Of a stretch of DNA of 64,000 bases, positions 29,483 through 39,548 are shown one piece after another. The stretch covers positions 1 through 64,000 of the forward strand of contig CAVSHR010000011.1 in assembly GCA_963727625.1 (NCBI GenBank), written 5' to 3'. Numbering within the stretch: position 1 is the first letter of the stretch; each line of letters begins with the position of its first letter. Origin of the DNA: an uncultured delta proteobacterium. Its GTDB lineage: Bacteria; Desulfobacterota; Binatia; UBA9968. The translations under genes and the position numbers were made by a program. The notes below the pieces were generated by a model that did no database searches, was not told the DNA's origin, and worked only from the letters and a program-made list of their open reading frames with translations.

Positions 29483-30916
29483 TCAATCGTCTAAGCGGTT
29501 TAACATTTTCATCAATTGCGCGGCATTATCGAGAGACGTAATCGACCATGCGGCATCGATAAGTATTCCTTGTGCGCTGTTTCCCAGCACGCCGTCGCAG
29601 CATGATCGCACTTTCGTTTCCAAATCCCCGTCGCTCAATGGGTTTTCCGGGCCGCCGCGGTAGCGTTCATCGGCCCAGCCCTCGACGGTGCGGCCGTCTT
29701 TGCGTTCGATCACGATGCGCGAGCGCATTTTAGCGAAGCCAAGCTTTTCGATTTCCGGATCGAACTCGGCGGCGATCCGTCTCTGCATGGCTTGCATCGC
29801 CTCAGAGGCGACAAATTCGTCGGAGAATTCGCGCTTGCCGGCCTTGCGGGCGAGGGCGATCATCGCCAGCGCGGCCGGCAAAGAAAACTTCGCTTGTAAA
29901 TGGTTGGCTGCGACGGGATAGCGAATCGGCTTTAAGATATTGCTGCCGGCGAATACTTTTACCGCTTCGATGTCGTCCGGCTTCACGTCGTGCTCGGCCA
30001 CCAGCTTGAGCATCAAGTCGATGGTCGGATGGGTGAGCACACCGCAGGGGTAGGGCTTGATCGACACGCCCGGATCGATGATCGTCCAGACCTTGCCGAA
30101 GCCTTGAGAAACCTTTTCCATGCTGACCCCGCCGCCTTGCACGGCGAAAAAGCCCCACGGGCCGTCGAGGGCATCGGCATCGGCGGTAAATCCGCGCGCC
30201 GCAAGCAGCGCGGCGGTGACGCCGTTCTCGGCGGCGCGGCCGACGTGAAGCGGTTTGGTCATGGTGCCGAAGTTGCAGCGGATACCGGCGGCAAAGCTGG
30301 CGGCGATGCCCAAGCCGCTGCGTAACTTGTCGCTTTTCAAGCCGAGCAGCTTGGCCGCAGCGACGTAAGCGCCGAAGGTGCCCACCGTGCCGCTCGAATG
30401 CATGCCGCGCAGATAATGCTGTGGCAGCATCCATTCGGAGATTTTGCATTCGACTTCAAAGCCGGTGAGGAAGGCGAGCATGAACTTCTTGCCGTCGACG
30501 GCGCCGAGCTTCTGCGTCACGACCAGCGCGCTCGCGAGCGGCGGGATGGTCGGGTGGGTCAGCAGGCCGTAAACGTGGGCTGGATCGACACTCACCTGGC
30601 TGTCGTCCCAGTCATGAACGTGACCGGAGGTGCCGAGCACGCGCGCCGCCATGGGCGCGGGAACTTTTGTATCTCTTCGGCTGAGCAGCAGGGCATCGGG
30701 TCTGCCGCCCATCGTTGCGGCTTCTTCAACCAGCAACTGCACGGTGTGCTCTTCGGAGCCGGCGACAAAAAGCCCCAGCCCGTCGAGCAAGCATCGTGTG
30801 CCGATTCGGATTGCTTCAGAGGGGATCGCTTCGAAAGTAACTTTCTCGACAAACTCGGCGGTCGCAGCGGTAGTTTTGAGCTCGGCGGCGATGTTTGCAG
30901 TTTTTTCCACGGCCAT
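29483..30916 (-). CDS. MmgE/PrpD family protein
   Basis: LLDGLG, HVHDWDD, HPT, NFGTMTKPLHVGRAAENG, IKPYPCG...HP, AKFS, RGGPENPLS; start MAVEK. Confidence 0.92.
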   Translation of the reverse strand: MAVEKTANIAAELKTTAATAEFVEKVTFEAIPSEAIRIGTRCLLDGLGLFVAGSEEHTVQLLVEEAATMGGRPDALLLSRRDTKVPAPMAARVLGTSGHVHDWDDSQVSVDPAHVYGLLTHPTIPPLASALVVTQKLGAVDGKKFMLAFLTGFEVECKISEWMLPQHYLRGMHSSGTVGTFGAYVAAAKLLGLKSDKLRSGLGIAASFAAGIRCNFGTMTKPLHVGRAAENGVTAALLAARGFTADADALDGPWGFFAVQGGGVSMEKVSQGFGKVWTIIDPGVSIKPYPCGVLTHPTIDLMLKLVAEHDVKPDDIEAVKVFAGSNILKPIRYPVAANHLQAKFSLPAALAMIALARKAGKREFSDEFVASEAMQAMQRRIAAEFDPEIEKLGFAKMRSRIVIERKDGRTVEGWADERYRGGPENPLSDGDLETKVRSCCDGVLGNSAQGILIDAAWSITSLDNAAQLMKMLNRLDD

Positions 30917-31205
30917 GAAAGATCCTCGGCGGTTGAGAGTCGCCCCGTGAAGGGACGCGCGGTCCGACTCTACGCGGGGCGCGTTGGGCATGCAAGATAT
31001 TCCGCGCCGCCGGGTTTGAACATCCTTGAGTTATGTCGCAAACCGTAGAGGAAAGCCGGCTCGAAAAAAAATTTCGGAATGCTTCGAACAGCTTCGCATA
31101 AATGGAAAAAATTGATGGAATCAATATCCCCATTCCTCCCGTCGATAGACACCGGGCAAGCTCTGAGCGCGGTCGAAGCACCCTTAGCGGCTTTTAAGCA
31201 GCCTG

Positions 31206-32231
31206 CTAGAGCCGTTGCACCTTGATCGTATATTTGCCCTTACCGCTGGCGCGATTGTAATGGCGCACCTGGACGAAGTATTGGCCGGAAACGAGTTCCG
31301 CGTTGATCAGCGCATTAGTGTCGATGCCGGAGTCATCATCTTCGGCAATCAATGCCGTTGGGTGATTTGGGCCGAAGAGTTTCATGACGACGTCGGTGGG
31401 ACCGCGGGTGTCGATGCGATAGCGTCCGTCGCGCGCCGCGGTAAAACGATAAAGATCTTCTTCGCCGAATTTGCCGATGGAGGCCGCCGTGCGGCGTTTG
31501 GCGCTGACTTCGAGCTCGACGGCAGTGGTTGTCGTTCCACCGGTTTTTGGATACATCTTGGCGCCCGCGATAAACTGTTTGTCGATGGTCGACAGAACTT
31601 CATTGGCTTTGGTCGCGATGCCGTTCAGAGTCCAGGATGCTGGAAAAAAATACAGCATGATCGAATCCGGGTCGAAGTCGGTCCCGTTGATCTGGTCGAC
31701 GCTGTACTTAAGCAGCACGTTGTGGCGGGTGGTTTGTTCATCCCAGAAATTCGGTGATTTCGCCAACTCCTGGATGACGACTGGCTCGTTCCACTGGATG
31801 CCGCCGCGCGGATTTTGGTGCTCGTGAGCCAGGCCGATGGCATGGCCGAATTCGTGGGCCGCCGTGCCACCGTCGAGGAAGCCGAGATTCATGGTCGGTT
31901 GATCAAGCGGGATGCTGCGGCAATCGGTGCCGATGTAGGACCAGGCGCCGTCGTTGGAATCAAAGGCGATTCGGATTTCCGCGTTGGCCGAGTTATTGAA
32001 GTCAAATCGCAGATTGGCCGCATGTTCCCACCAACCGGCTTGCTCTCGAGCGGTGGCCTGCTCGCTGGCCGTGCCGCCCAGGAACTGAACGCGCAGGGTC
32101 GAGCCGTTCATCCAGGCCTTTCCGATCGGGGCTATGGCGCGCTCGCCGCCTCTCAGCCGCATGGTCCGTTGCGGGCGCATTAGCTCCGACGGCAAGGTGC
32201 GATCGATACAAACTTTTGGTCTATCAGCCAT
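31206..32231 (-). CDS. M12A/astacin-like zinc metallopeptidase with C-terminal PPC domain
   Basis: HEFGHAIGLAHEH zinc motif, SIMLY Met-turn, GAWSYIG; C-terminal EEDLYRF...DDDSG...GQYFVQVRHY...GKYTI. Confidence 0.88.
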   Translation of the reverse strand: MADRPKVCIDRTLPSELMRPQRTMRLRGGERAIAPIGKAWMNGSTLRVQFLGGTASEQATAREQAGWWEHAANLRFDFNNSANAEIRIAFDSNDGAWSYIGTDCRSIPLDQPTMNLGFLDGGTAAHEFGHAIGLAHEHQNPRGGIQWNEPVVIQELAKSPNFWDEQTTRHNVLLKYSVDQINGTDFDPDSIMLYFFPASWTLNGIATKANEVLSTIDKQFIAGAKMYPKTGGTTTTAVELEVSAKRRTAASIGKFGEEDLYRFTAARDGRYRIDTRGPTDVVMKLFGPNHPTALIAEDDDSGIDTNALINAELVSGQYFVQVRHYNRASGKGKYTIKVQRL

Positions 32232-32517
32232 GACTTGGTTTCTCCTTATTCAATGAATTTGTGCAGGAACTAATCGCAGGGGGGAGCAAGCGCTGTACCA
32301 ATCCGTTCTGTGGGTATTCCCAAGTCATCTTTGACGTGGAAATACAAAAAATTACGTGTTTATCGCCACCGGAGCGGCAGCGACGGCTGGTTAGAGCAAC
32401 ATTTGTTTACCTTATGTGTAAACAAGGTTGCGCATCAGACCCGGACAGGGCGACATGCGAAATCGGCGCAGCGGGCGCTTCTGTCCCAAAGCCTGGGGGT
32501 TTACGAGAGCTTGGGTT

Positions 32518-33198
32518 TCAATCGATCACCTCAGAGACATAGAAGTCAATGTGGCGGCGGCTGGCGTTGGCTTGCCCGCGGCCGGCAGTCATCTGCTCGC
32601 ACTCCTCCTTGCTGTGGGTCTTCAGTGTCCCAAGAGGGGCGGCCATGATCTGAATTCTCGCCGAGCGGACTAAATCGATGCCGCAGCGCAGCAGGGTATC
32701 GAGATCGCCGGCGACCACGGTGCCGCCGTGGCCGCGCAGGAGCACGGCGCTGCGGTCGCCGAGCGTGGCGGCGACCTTGTCGCCGAGCTGATGGTTGCGG
32801 ATCAACAACGGCGAGTCGTAGATCGGCGTGCCGCGGTAAAAGTGCACGCCACAGTTGGCGATGACTTTGATCTCCTGTCCCGAAGCGGCGACGATCACCA
32901 GCTCGTCGGGGTGGTAATGCAGAATGCACTGGACATCAGAGCGGGCTTTGTAGATCGACGTGTGCATCGGTGTCTCGCCGTTGGGCTCGCCGGCGCCTTC
33001 GAGCTTGTTGCCCTGGGCGTCGATGATAATGATGTCGCGCGCGGCGACTTTTCCCGGCGGCATATGCGGCGTGCTGAGAATCCGCCCGTCGGGCAAGCGC
33101 GCGGTCAAGTGGCCATAGCCGTCGAGCAGCCGCTGTTTTTGCAGCGCCCTGCAGGCTAGGACCATTTTTTCTTTTGTCGCGTCGATGGCATCGATCAT
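32518..33198 (-). CDS. Class II aldolase/adducin family protein
   Basis: GYGHLTAR, ETPMHTSIYKAR, HYHP, VLLRGHG. Confidence 0.9.
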   Translation of the reverse strand: MIDAIDATKEKMVLACRALQKQRLLDGYGHLTARLPDGRILSTPHMPPGKVAARDIIIIDAQGNKLEGAGEPNGETPMHTSIYKARSDVQCILHYHPDELVIVAASGQEIKVIANCGVHFYRGTPIYDSPLLIRNHQLGDKVAATLGDRSAVLLRGHGGTVVAGDLDTLLRCGIDLVRSARIQIMAAPLGTLKTHSKEECEQMTAGRGQANASRRHIDFYVSEVID

Positions 33199-33223
33199 GG
33201 GCTCTCCTCGTGTTCTTTTAATC

Positions 33224-34075
33224 TTATTTTGTTCCGCCGGTTGAAACGCGCTTCATGAAATCGGCGAACAGCGCGGCCATCTCGCCGGCTTTTTCATCCC
33301 ATTCCTCCCTCGGGCTGAGCGGTTCGTCGTAGTGCTTGGGAAACAAGACATGCACTTCGCTTTTCTGTGTCAGACGGCCGAGGTTTTCACCGGTTTGCCG
33401 GCCGTGGGTGTTATCGTTTCCCGGCACGATGCAGGCAGGCACTTTGAGCGATTTCAAATCTTGTTCGCTGGCGCCGATCACCGGCAGGTCGGCGCCTTTG
33501 AGAAAATATTCGCGCCAGTGCGACATGACGGCGATGAAACGCTCGGGGGCCATTTCCATCAGCGCGTCGCGGTTTTCCGGGCGCGCTTCGATGCGCTCTT
33601 TCCAGTGCTCCATCGCGCACACCGCGGCCATGCCGCCGGCTTGTGCCGCTTTGATGTACTGGCCGTAGTATTCTTCGGCGAGGCGCTCGCAGGCGAAGCG
33701 GCCGCCGGTGACGCGCCAGAGCAGGAGACCGCGCACCGCCTCGGGATGGCGCAGCGCGATCAACAGCGCGGTGCGGCAACCCGACGAGCTGCCGCCGACA
33801 AACGCCGGCAGAGCGCCCAGTTGCGAGAGCAGCTCGTGTATATCGTCGGCCCAGATTTCATACTCCGAATCGTTGCCGTCGATGACGACGTCGGAGGCGC
33901 CGCAGTTGCGCCGGTCGAAGATGACCGCGCGATGGCCGAGGGCGGCGACTTCTTTGGCTATCAGCTCGATGCCGCTGATGTCGCGCCGGCCGCCGGGCGA
34001 GAGCGCCACCCAAGGGCCGCGATCGCCCAGGACTCGATAGTTGATGTTGACGCCGCGCACTTTTGTGATGGGCAT
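33224..34075 (-). CDS. Alpha/beta hydrolase
   Basis: FDRRNCGASD, VGGSSSG nucleophile elbow, ALRHPEAVRGLLL; RBS AGGAGG before MPITKV. Confidence 0.88.
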   Translation of the reverse strand: MPITKVRGVNINYRVLGDRGPWVALSPGGRRDISGIELIAKEVAALGHRAVIFDRRNCGASDVVIDGNDSEYEIWADDIHELLSQLGALPAFVGGSSSGCRTALLIALRHPEAVRGLLLWRVTGGRFACERLAEEYYGQYIKAAQAGGMAAVCAMEHWKERIEARPENRDALMEMAPERFIAVMSHWREYFLKGADLPVIGASEQDLKSLKVPACIVPGNDNTHGRQTGENLGRLTQKSEVHVLFPKHYDEPLSPREEWDEKAGEMAALFADFMKRVSTGGTK

Positions 34076-34474
34076 GACGGGCCTCCTTTTGTTTGACCGC
34101 CGCACCATATCCGATAAACCACGGATTGATCAACCAAGGGCGTGTTCGAATTGAGCAGCCAGGCGGGTTTCACTCTGTCATTTTGGCGTTGGGATCAATG
34201 GGTCAGTCAGGCGGAGGGTCGTATTAAAACCCACAGATGAGCTTTCATAGCGGCGGATGGATTCATCCGACAGCAGGGTCGCCGACCCGTAGTCCGATAC
34301 TTTCGCTCCTTAGACTTCGAAGTTAGTTTTGGAGTGTCGAGGCAGTACTTCGAGGCTGATGCCGAAAAATATCTTTCATCACTGAAATACAACACAGGGC
34401 GGAAAATAGAATGCAAACGTTGAAATTGTAACCTCGGTCAGGCATGAGTATGGAGCCAACGAGGGATCGTCGCT

Positions 34475-35980
34475 ATGAATTGGCAATTTTTTCAGCGGGT
34501 TTATTTATTCTTCGTCCTGTTGATTGCTGCTGCGGTTGTTTCCGTGCGCGCATCGGAGCCTGTTGCGTCTGCGCAGTTAAATCTCAAATCCATTCCACCC
34601 AACATTGTTTTCGTCCTTACCGATGACATGACGTTCGATGATCTCAAGGTCATGTCGAATGTGAAAAAAATGCTGGCGGACAAGGGGGCATCCTTTGCGA
34701 GGTTTTTTGTAGTGAACTCGCTCTGCTGCCCGTCGCGTGCATCGATTCTGCGGGGCCAATTTGTTCATAATCATAGGGTCGTCCACAATCAAGAAGGGTT
34801 TAAGCGGTTTTATGAATACCGCCATGAGCGATCAACGATCGCGACTTGGCTGAAGCAATCGGGTTATACGACAGCGCTAATGGGAAAGTACCTGAACGGT
34901 TATGCACTCAAGCATCAAGAGAGCTATGTCCCGCCGGGCTGGGACGAGTGGGACAGCCCAATTGATGGGAAAGCTTATCGCGAGTTTAACTACCGTTTGA
35001 ACGAAAACGGCAAAATCGTGGCCTATGGTCAATCGGCCGAAGATTACCTGACCGACGTTCTGTCGCGAAAGGCAACCGCGTTCATCCGGCGAGTCGCCGA
35101 AAACCAATCGCCGTTTTTCCTCTATCTCGCTACCTATGCACCGCATCAGCCGGCCACCCCGGCGTCGCGTCACGAGAATCTTTACGCGGGCATCAGGGCT
35201 TTGAGAACGCCGTCCTTTGACGAAAAGGATGTCAGCGCCAAGCCGGCATTCATACGCAAGCGGCCTCACCTCGGCAGTAAGGAGTTAAAAGAAATTGACG
35301 GGCTCTACCGCAGGCGTTTGCAGTCGCTTCATGCCGTCGATGAGCTGGTCGCCGCGGTCGTGGAAACTCTGGCGAAGACCAACCAGCTGCGCAACAGCTA
35401 TATCGTTTTCACCTCTGACAACGGCTTTCATCTCGGTCAACATCGCCTGCCTTGGGGAAAACAAACCGCGTATGAAGAAGATATCCACGTGCCGCTCGTG
35501 GTTCGCGGTCCCGGCATCGCCGCGGGACAGGTCGTTGGCGAGCTAGGTTTGGAAACGGACTTGGCTCCGACATTCGCCGAATGGGCCGGCGCGGCGGCTC
35601 CGAGCTTTGTCGATGGCCGTTCTCTTGTGCCCCTATTGCGCCGCAATCTGGGCTCAGCCGGTTCCTGGCGTGACGGTGTACTGATCGAGCATACTCCCGG
35701 CACGGAACCCTTTATGACGAGGGTTGAAAAACTATTGCTAGTCGGTAAAGACGCGTTGCCCGCGTACTCGGCGGTACGCTCACAAAGCCATCTCTACGTG
35801 GAGTACGAGAACGGTGAACGCGAGTTCTACGATCTCAAAAAAGATCCGGCGGAACTCGTCAACCTTTACAAGAAAGCCGATCCTCAGTTGATTCAGCGAT
35901 TTTCGTCTTGGCTCGCCAACATGAAAAGTTGTCGCGGCGCCGCCTGCCGGCAAGCCGAGGAGAAGGCGCTTGAGCGGTAG
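34475..35980 (+). CDS. Exported formylglycine-dependent sulfatase (N-acetylglucosamine-6-sulfatase-like)
   Basis: Signal peptide; PNIVFVLTDD, LCCPSRASILRG, GKYLNGY, FTSDNGFHLGQH, YEEDIHVPL. Confidence 0.93.
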   Translation: MNWQFFQRVYLFFVLLIAAAVVSVRASEPVASAQLNLKSIPPNIVFVLTDDMTFDDLKVMSNVKKMLADKGASFARFFVVNSLCCPSRASILRGQFVHNHRVVHNQEGFKRFYEYRHERSTIATWLKQSGYTTALMGKYLNGYALKHQESYVPPGWDEWDSPIDGKAYREFNYRLNENGKIVAYGQSAEDYLTDVLSRKATAFIRRVAENQSPFFLYLATYAPHQPATPASRHENLYAGIRALRTPSFDEKDVSAKPAFIRKRPHLGSKELKEIDGLYRRRLQSLHAVDELVAAVVETLAKTNQLRNSYIVFTSDNGFHLGQHRLPWGKQTAYEEDIHVPLVVRGPGIAAGQVVGELGLETDLAPTFAEWAGAAAPSFVDGRSLVPLLRRNLGSAGSWRDGVLIEHTPGTEPFMTRVEKLLLVGKDALPAYSAVRSQSHLYVEYENGEREFYDLKKDPAELVNLYKKADPQLIQRFSSWLANMKSCRGAACRQAEEKALER

Positions 35981-36170
35981 TCTCTGGGTCACCCCGGGCC
36001 ACCCCCGGTTTGACGGACGCCTAGAAACGGGACGAGGAAACACCGCTCAGAGTCTGAAGTGAGCGCCTGCAACCGTAAACTAATAATTTACCGCGATGAT
36101 CGTCAAAAATGTCCCGGGACGCCTCTGTCCATCGTAATTTCGATCGTTCATTGTGACCGCCGGCCACGGC

Positions 36171-36194
36171 GGGCGCGACGCATCGCGCCCCTAC
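36171..36194 (-). repeat. REP-like GTAG hairpin
   Basis: Minus strand GTAGGGGCGCGATGCGTCGCGCCC, just downstream of the M24 gene. Confidence 0.6.
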
Positions 36195-36207
36195 GGGCTA
36201 CGCCCAG

Positions 36208-37362
36208 TTAGCCTTTGCAGGTCACCCACCGGCGCGGATAGGCGTTCAAGGACTCGCAGCGGTTTTTCTTCACCATCACCGTTTCGCCGAATTGCAGGCC
36301 CATTTTCTCGTCGTAGGTGATCAGATTGGGCTGAATCACGATCACCATGTTTTCGCGAAAGGTCAGCTCCTTCGATTCATGGCGTTTGCGCGTCTTGGTC
36401 TGGAAGATCGGCGGATACTGGTTGACGCCGTGCACCAGATCGTCGTAGGTGCTGTAGCCGCGCCGGTGCACGATTTCGGCGGCTTCTTCGGCTTCCGTCG
36501 TGGTGGCACCGTCCTTGATGACTTTGGTCAGGATCTCGAAGACCTCCATCGCGGCGTCGTGCATCTTTTGCCACTCGGCTGTCGGCCCTTCGCCGATCGA
36601 AAAGGTCCGATGAATCTGACCGCTGTAGCCGGAGTAGGCGCCGCTGATCTCGGTGATCAGCGCGTCGCCTTTTTGTAGTTTCCGGCTCGAATGAAATTGC
36701 GACGGCACCGGAAAATCCGGGTCGCGCATCGGCATGCTGCTCATGAAATGAATGCCGGCGTAACCGCCGGCCTTGAGATAGACGGGCTCGATGATCGCGG
36801 GGATTTCGTCCTCGCGCATGCCGGCTTTCAAACCTTCCGCCAACGCCTGGATGGATTGATCGGTGAGCTTGGATGCCAGGTGAATGCGCTCGATTTCTTC
36901 CGCGCTTTTGATCGTGCGCATCATGCGCAGCTTGCCGCCGAGGTCGACAAAGGTCGCGTTGGGATATTTTTCTCGCAGCTGGTTGTAGATCTGATAGGAG
37001 ATCGACCCGACCAGGCCGATCCTTTTCGACTCCAAGCCGCGCTCGCCGATCAACTCGACAACGCTGCCGGTGGTGTTCGGGCCGGCCCAGCGGACGTCTT
37101 TAATCCACGACATGACCTGCGCCATCGGGTAGTGGTTGAAGAGCTGCATCAAAATCACCGGCTTCTTGCCGGTTTGCATGAGCAAGTAAGCCTCCCGGCT
37201 GCTCGGCCAGTCGCTCAACCAGAAAATATCGGACGCATAGCGTCCGCTGCCGTAGCATAACAGCGCGTCGACGCCTTCTTGATCGATCAAGCCGTAAACC
37301 GCTTTATGCCGCCTTTCGAGTTCCGCATCGGAAAAAGTCGGGTAATCGGAGCGCTGTCGCAT
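36208..37362 (-). CDS. M24 (Xaa-Pro peptidase/creatinase) fold hydrolase
   Basis: FSDAELERR, MRTIKSAEEI, GYSGQIHRTF, LVHGV, MVIVIQPN, GETV. Confidence 0.85.
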   Translation of the reverse strand: MRQRSDYPTFSDAELERRHKAVYGLIDQEGVDALLCYGSGRYASDIFWLSDWPSSREAYLLMQTGKKPVILMQLFNHYPMAQVMSWIKDVRWAGPNTTGSVVELIGERGLESKRIGLVGSISYQIYNQLREKYPNATFVDLGGKLRMMRTIKSAEEIERIHLASKLTDQSIQALAEGLKAGMREDEIPAIIEPVYLKAGGYAGIHFMSSMPMRDPDFPVPSQFHSSRKLQKGDALITEISGAYSGYSGQIHRTFSIGEGPTAEWQKMHDAAMEVFEILTKVIKDGATTTEAEEAAEIVHRRGYSTYDDLVHGVNQYPPIFQTKTRKRHESKELTFRENMVIVIQPNLITYDEKMGLQFGETVMVKKNRCESLNAYPRRWVTCKG

Positions 37363-37560
37363 GGGAAAAGTCCTCCAAGTATCTTTCGATAATTAACATC
37401 CCCGACACGGAGTAGGGGCACCGTCGGAGTCCGTTTTGTTCGGTGTATCATCGCCGCCTCGATGGAAGCAATCAGAGCAGTCTATCTCAAGTTACGGCCT
37501 GGACATTTATTTTTGCGCGTGACACTCTTTGCCTAGTCGATTCCAATCTGGAGGGTGGTT

Positions 37561-38388
37561 ATGACGGTACTCTTTCGCGCGCGCCGAACATTATTAACCC
37601 TTGCACTTTCAGCTCTAGTCGTCAGCGGCTGTGCCCAAGCGCAATCGGGAACGAACGAGTTTCGTCCGCAGGTCGGGCAGGAAGGCAAGGATGTGATCTG
37701 GGTGCCGACACCGCAATCTCTGGTCGACCGCATGCTTGACATAGCGAAGGTGACGTCGCGGGATTACGTGATCGATCTCGGCTCCGGCGATGGCCGCACA
37801 GTGATTACCGCGGCCAAGCGCGGCGCCCGAGCCCTCGGCATAGAATACAATCCCGACATGGTGGAACTTTCCAAGCGCAACGCGGCCAAAGAAGGCGTGA
37901 GTGACCGCGCCAACTTCGTGAAAGCGGATCTGTTCGAGAGCGATTTTTCCAAGGCCACGGTCATCACCATGTTTTTACTGCCTGATATCAATCTCAAGCT
38001 GCGGCCCAAGATTTTGGATCTGAAGCCGGGAACACGGATCGTGTCGAATTCCTTCACCATGGGCGATTGGGTGGCGGACGATACCGTGACCTCGAAGGGG
38101 AACTGCGTGTCTTACTGCACGGCCTATTTGTGGATCGTTCCGGCGAAAGTCGAAGGCACCTGGCAGCTCGCCGATGGCACGCTCAACTTGAAACAAACGT
38201 ATCAAATGATTTCAGGCTCGCTCCGGCGCGGTAACAACACGATTCAGCTCGCTAACGGCAAACTTCACGGCGATCAGATCATCTTCAACGCCGCCGGTTC
38301 TCTGTACACCGGCCGGGTAAACGGCAACAGCATGGAAGGGAGCATCAGCTCCGGCGGTAATTGGAAGGCGACGAGATCCGCCCGGTAG
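37561..38388 (+). CDS. Class I SAM-dependent methyltransferase with lipoprotein-type signal
   Basis: LVVSGC lipobox-like sequence; KDVIWVPTP, VIDLGSGDGR, LKPGTRIVS; GGAGGG RBS. Confidence 0.88.
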   Translation: MTVLFRARRTLLTLALSALVVSGCAQAQSGTNEFRPQVGQEGKDVIWVPTPQSLVDRMLDIAKVTSRDYVIDLGSGDGRTVITAAKRGARALGIEYNPDMVELSKRNAAKEGVSDRANFVKADLFESDFSKATVITMFLLPDINLKLRPKILDLKPGTRIVSNSFTMGDWVADDTVTSKGNCVSYCTAYLWIVPAKVEGTWQLADGTLNLKQTYQMISGSLRRGNNTIQLANGKLHGDQIIFNAAGSLYTGRVNGNSMEGSISSGGNWKATRSAR

Positions 38389-38524
38389 CATGGGTCGTCG
38401 CTTCCAGGTTAAAAGTCCGTCTGCTCGGTAAATTTAAAACTTTGCATTGATCGACGCTATTTCGGAGCACACCCGAACTCTCATCGTTTTTGTCTCGCAA
38501 GTTGCTGAAAAAGGGTGGAACATG

Positions 38525-38601
38525 CTTCGACAAGTCTCAGCATCGACGGAGTTTTATCAATGATTTCAAGACTCGTTCCGTTCGTCCTGAGCCTGTCGAA
38601 G
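38525..38601. repeat. REP/MITE-like imperfect inverted repeat pair
   Basis: CTTCGACAAGTCTCAGCATCGACGG ... CCGTTCGTCCTGAGCCTGTCGAAG (reverse complement CTTCGACAGGCTCAGGACGAACGG). Confidence 0.65.
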
Positions 38602-38633
38602 ATCTCCGAAAGGGGTCTTCGGTAATATCCTAA

Positions 38634-39476
38634 ATGAACATACGGAAATTTTGCCGCACGGCCGCGCTGCGGTCTTTGGTTGCGTTTTTTCTCTGGCTGC
38701 CGCTGCTCGTGAACGAGACGGTTCGCGCGGGGGATAGCGATTACACGCCGAAATCGGGGCAACCCGGGAAAGACGTCGTTTGGGTGCCGAGCCCCATGGC
38801 GATGGTCGAGAAGCTCCTCGATATGGCCGCGGTCACTCCGCAAGACTACGTCATCGATCTCGGTTCCGGCGACGGGCGCACGGTGATTGCCGCCGCTAAG
38901 CGCGGCGCGCGGGCCCACGGCATCGAATACGATGGCAACCTGGTCGAGCTGTCCAAGCGCAACGCGACGAAGGAAAGCGTCGGTGACAAGGCGACCTTTG
39001 AAGAAGCGGATGTCTTTGCCGCCGATTTCTCAAAGGCGACGGTGATCGTTCTCTTTCTCACGCCGGAGATGAACATTCGGCTGCGGCCAAAACTGCTCGA
39101 TTTGAAGCCGGGCACGCGCATCGTCGCCAATACTTTCGGCATCGGCGATTGGAACGCCGACAGGACTTCGACGATCGCCGGGAATTGCGAACGGTGGTGC
39201 CTGGCGCGGCTGTGGATAGTGCCTGCCAAGGTTGCCGGCAGGTGGCGGCTGCCGCAGGGCGAGCTGATCCTAAAGCAGAACTATCAGACGTTTTCCGGAA
39301 CGATGACCGGCGCCGGGGGCGCGCTGCCGGTGGCCGGACGCGTGCGCGGCGGAAACATTTTCTTTGCCGCTGGCAAGACTCGCTTCACCGGCCGTGTCGA
39401 CGGCGATTCGATCGAAGGCATCGCGCGAATCGCCGGCAAGGACCGGGAGTTTCGCGCAAAGCGAATCGGCCGTTGA
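38634..39476 (+). CDS. Class I SAM-dependent methyltransferase with signal peptide (paralogue of 37561-38388)
   Basis: Basic-hydrophobic N-terminus ending VRA; KDVVWVPSP, VIDLGSGDGRTVIAAAKRGARA. Confidence 0.88.
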   Translation: MNIRKFCRTAALRSLVAFFLWLPLLVNETVRAGDSDYTPKSGQPGKDVVWVPSPMAMVEKLLDMAAVTPQDYVIDLGSGDGRTVIAAAKRGARAHGIEYDGNLVELSKRNATKESVGDKATFEEADVFAADFSKATVIVLFLTPEMNIRLRPKLLDLKPGTRIVANTFGIGDWNADRTSTIAGNCERWCLARLWIVPAKVAGRWRLPQGELILKQNYQTFSGTMTGAGGALPVAGRVRGGNIFFAAGKTRFTGRVDGDSIEGIARIAGKDREFRAKRIGR

Positions 39477-39484
39477 TGCCTATC

Positions 39485-39532
39485 AAAGAAGAAAGGGCAG
39501 ACGTGAAGTTCACGCCGCCCTTTCTTTTCTTT
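39485..39532. terminator. Bidirectional Rho-independent terminator
   Basis: AAAGAAGAAAGGGC...GTGAAGTTCAC...GCCCTTTCTTTTCTTT between convergent genes. Confidence 0.7.
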
Positions 39533-39548
39533 AAGAAGCGGCTTCCCG

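Noticed and set aside
36025-36070. Hammerhead ribozyme (GAAAC and CTGAAG nearby)
   Set aside because: Core CUGANGA is not matched and three stems cannot be built
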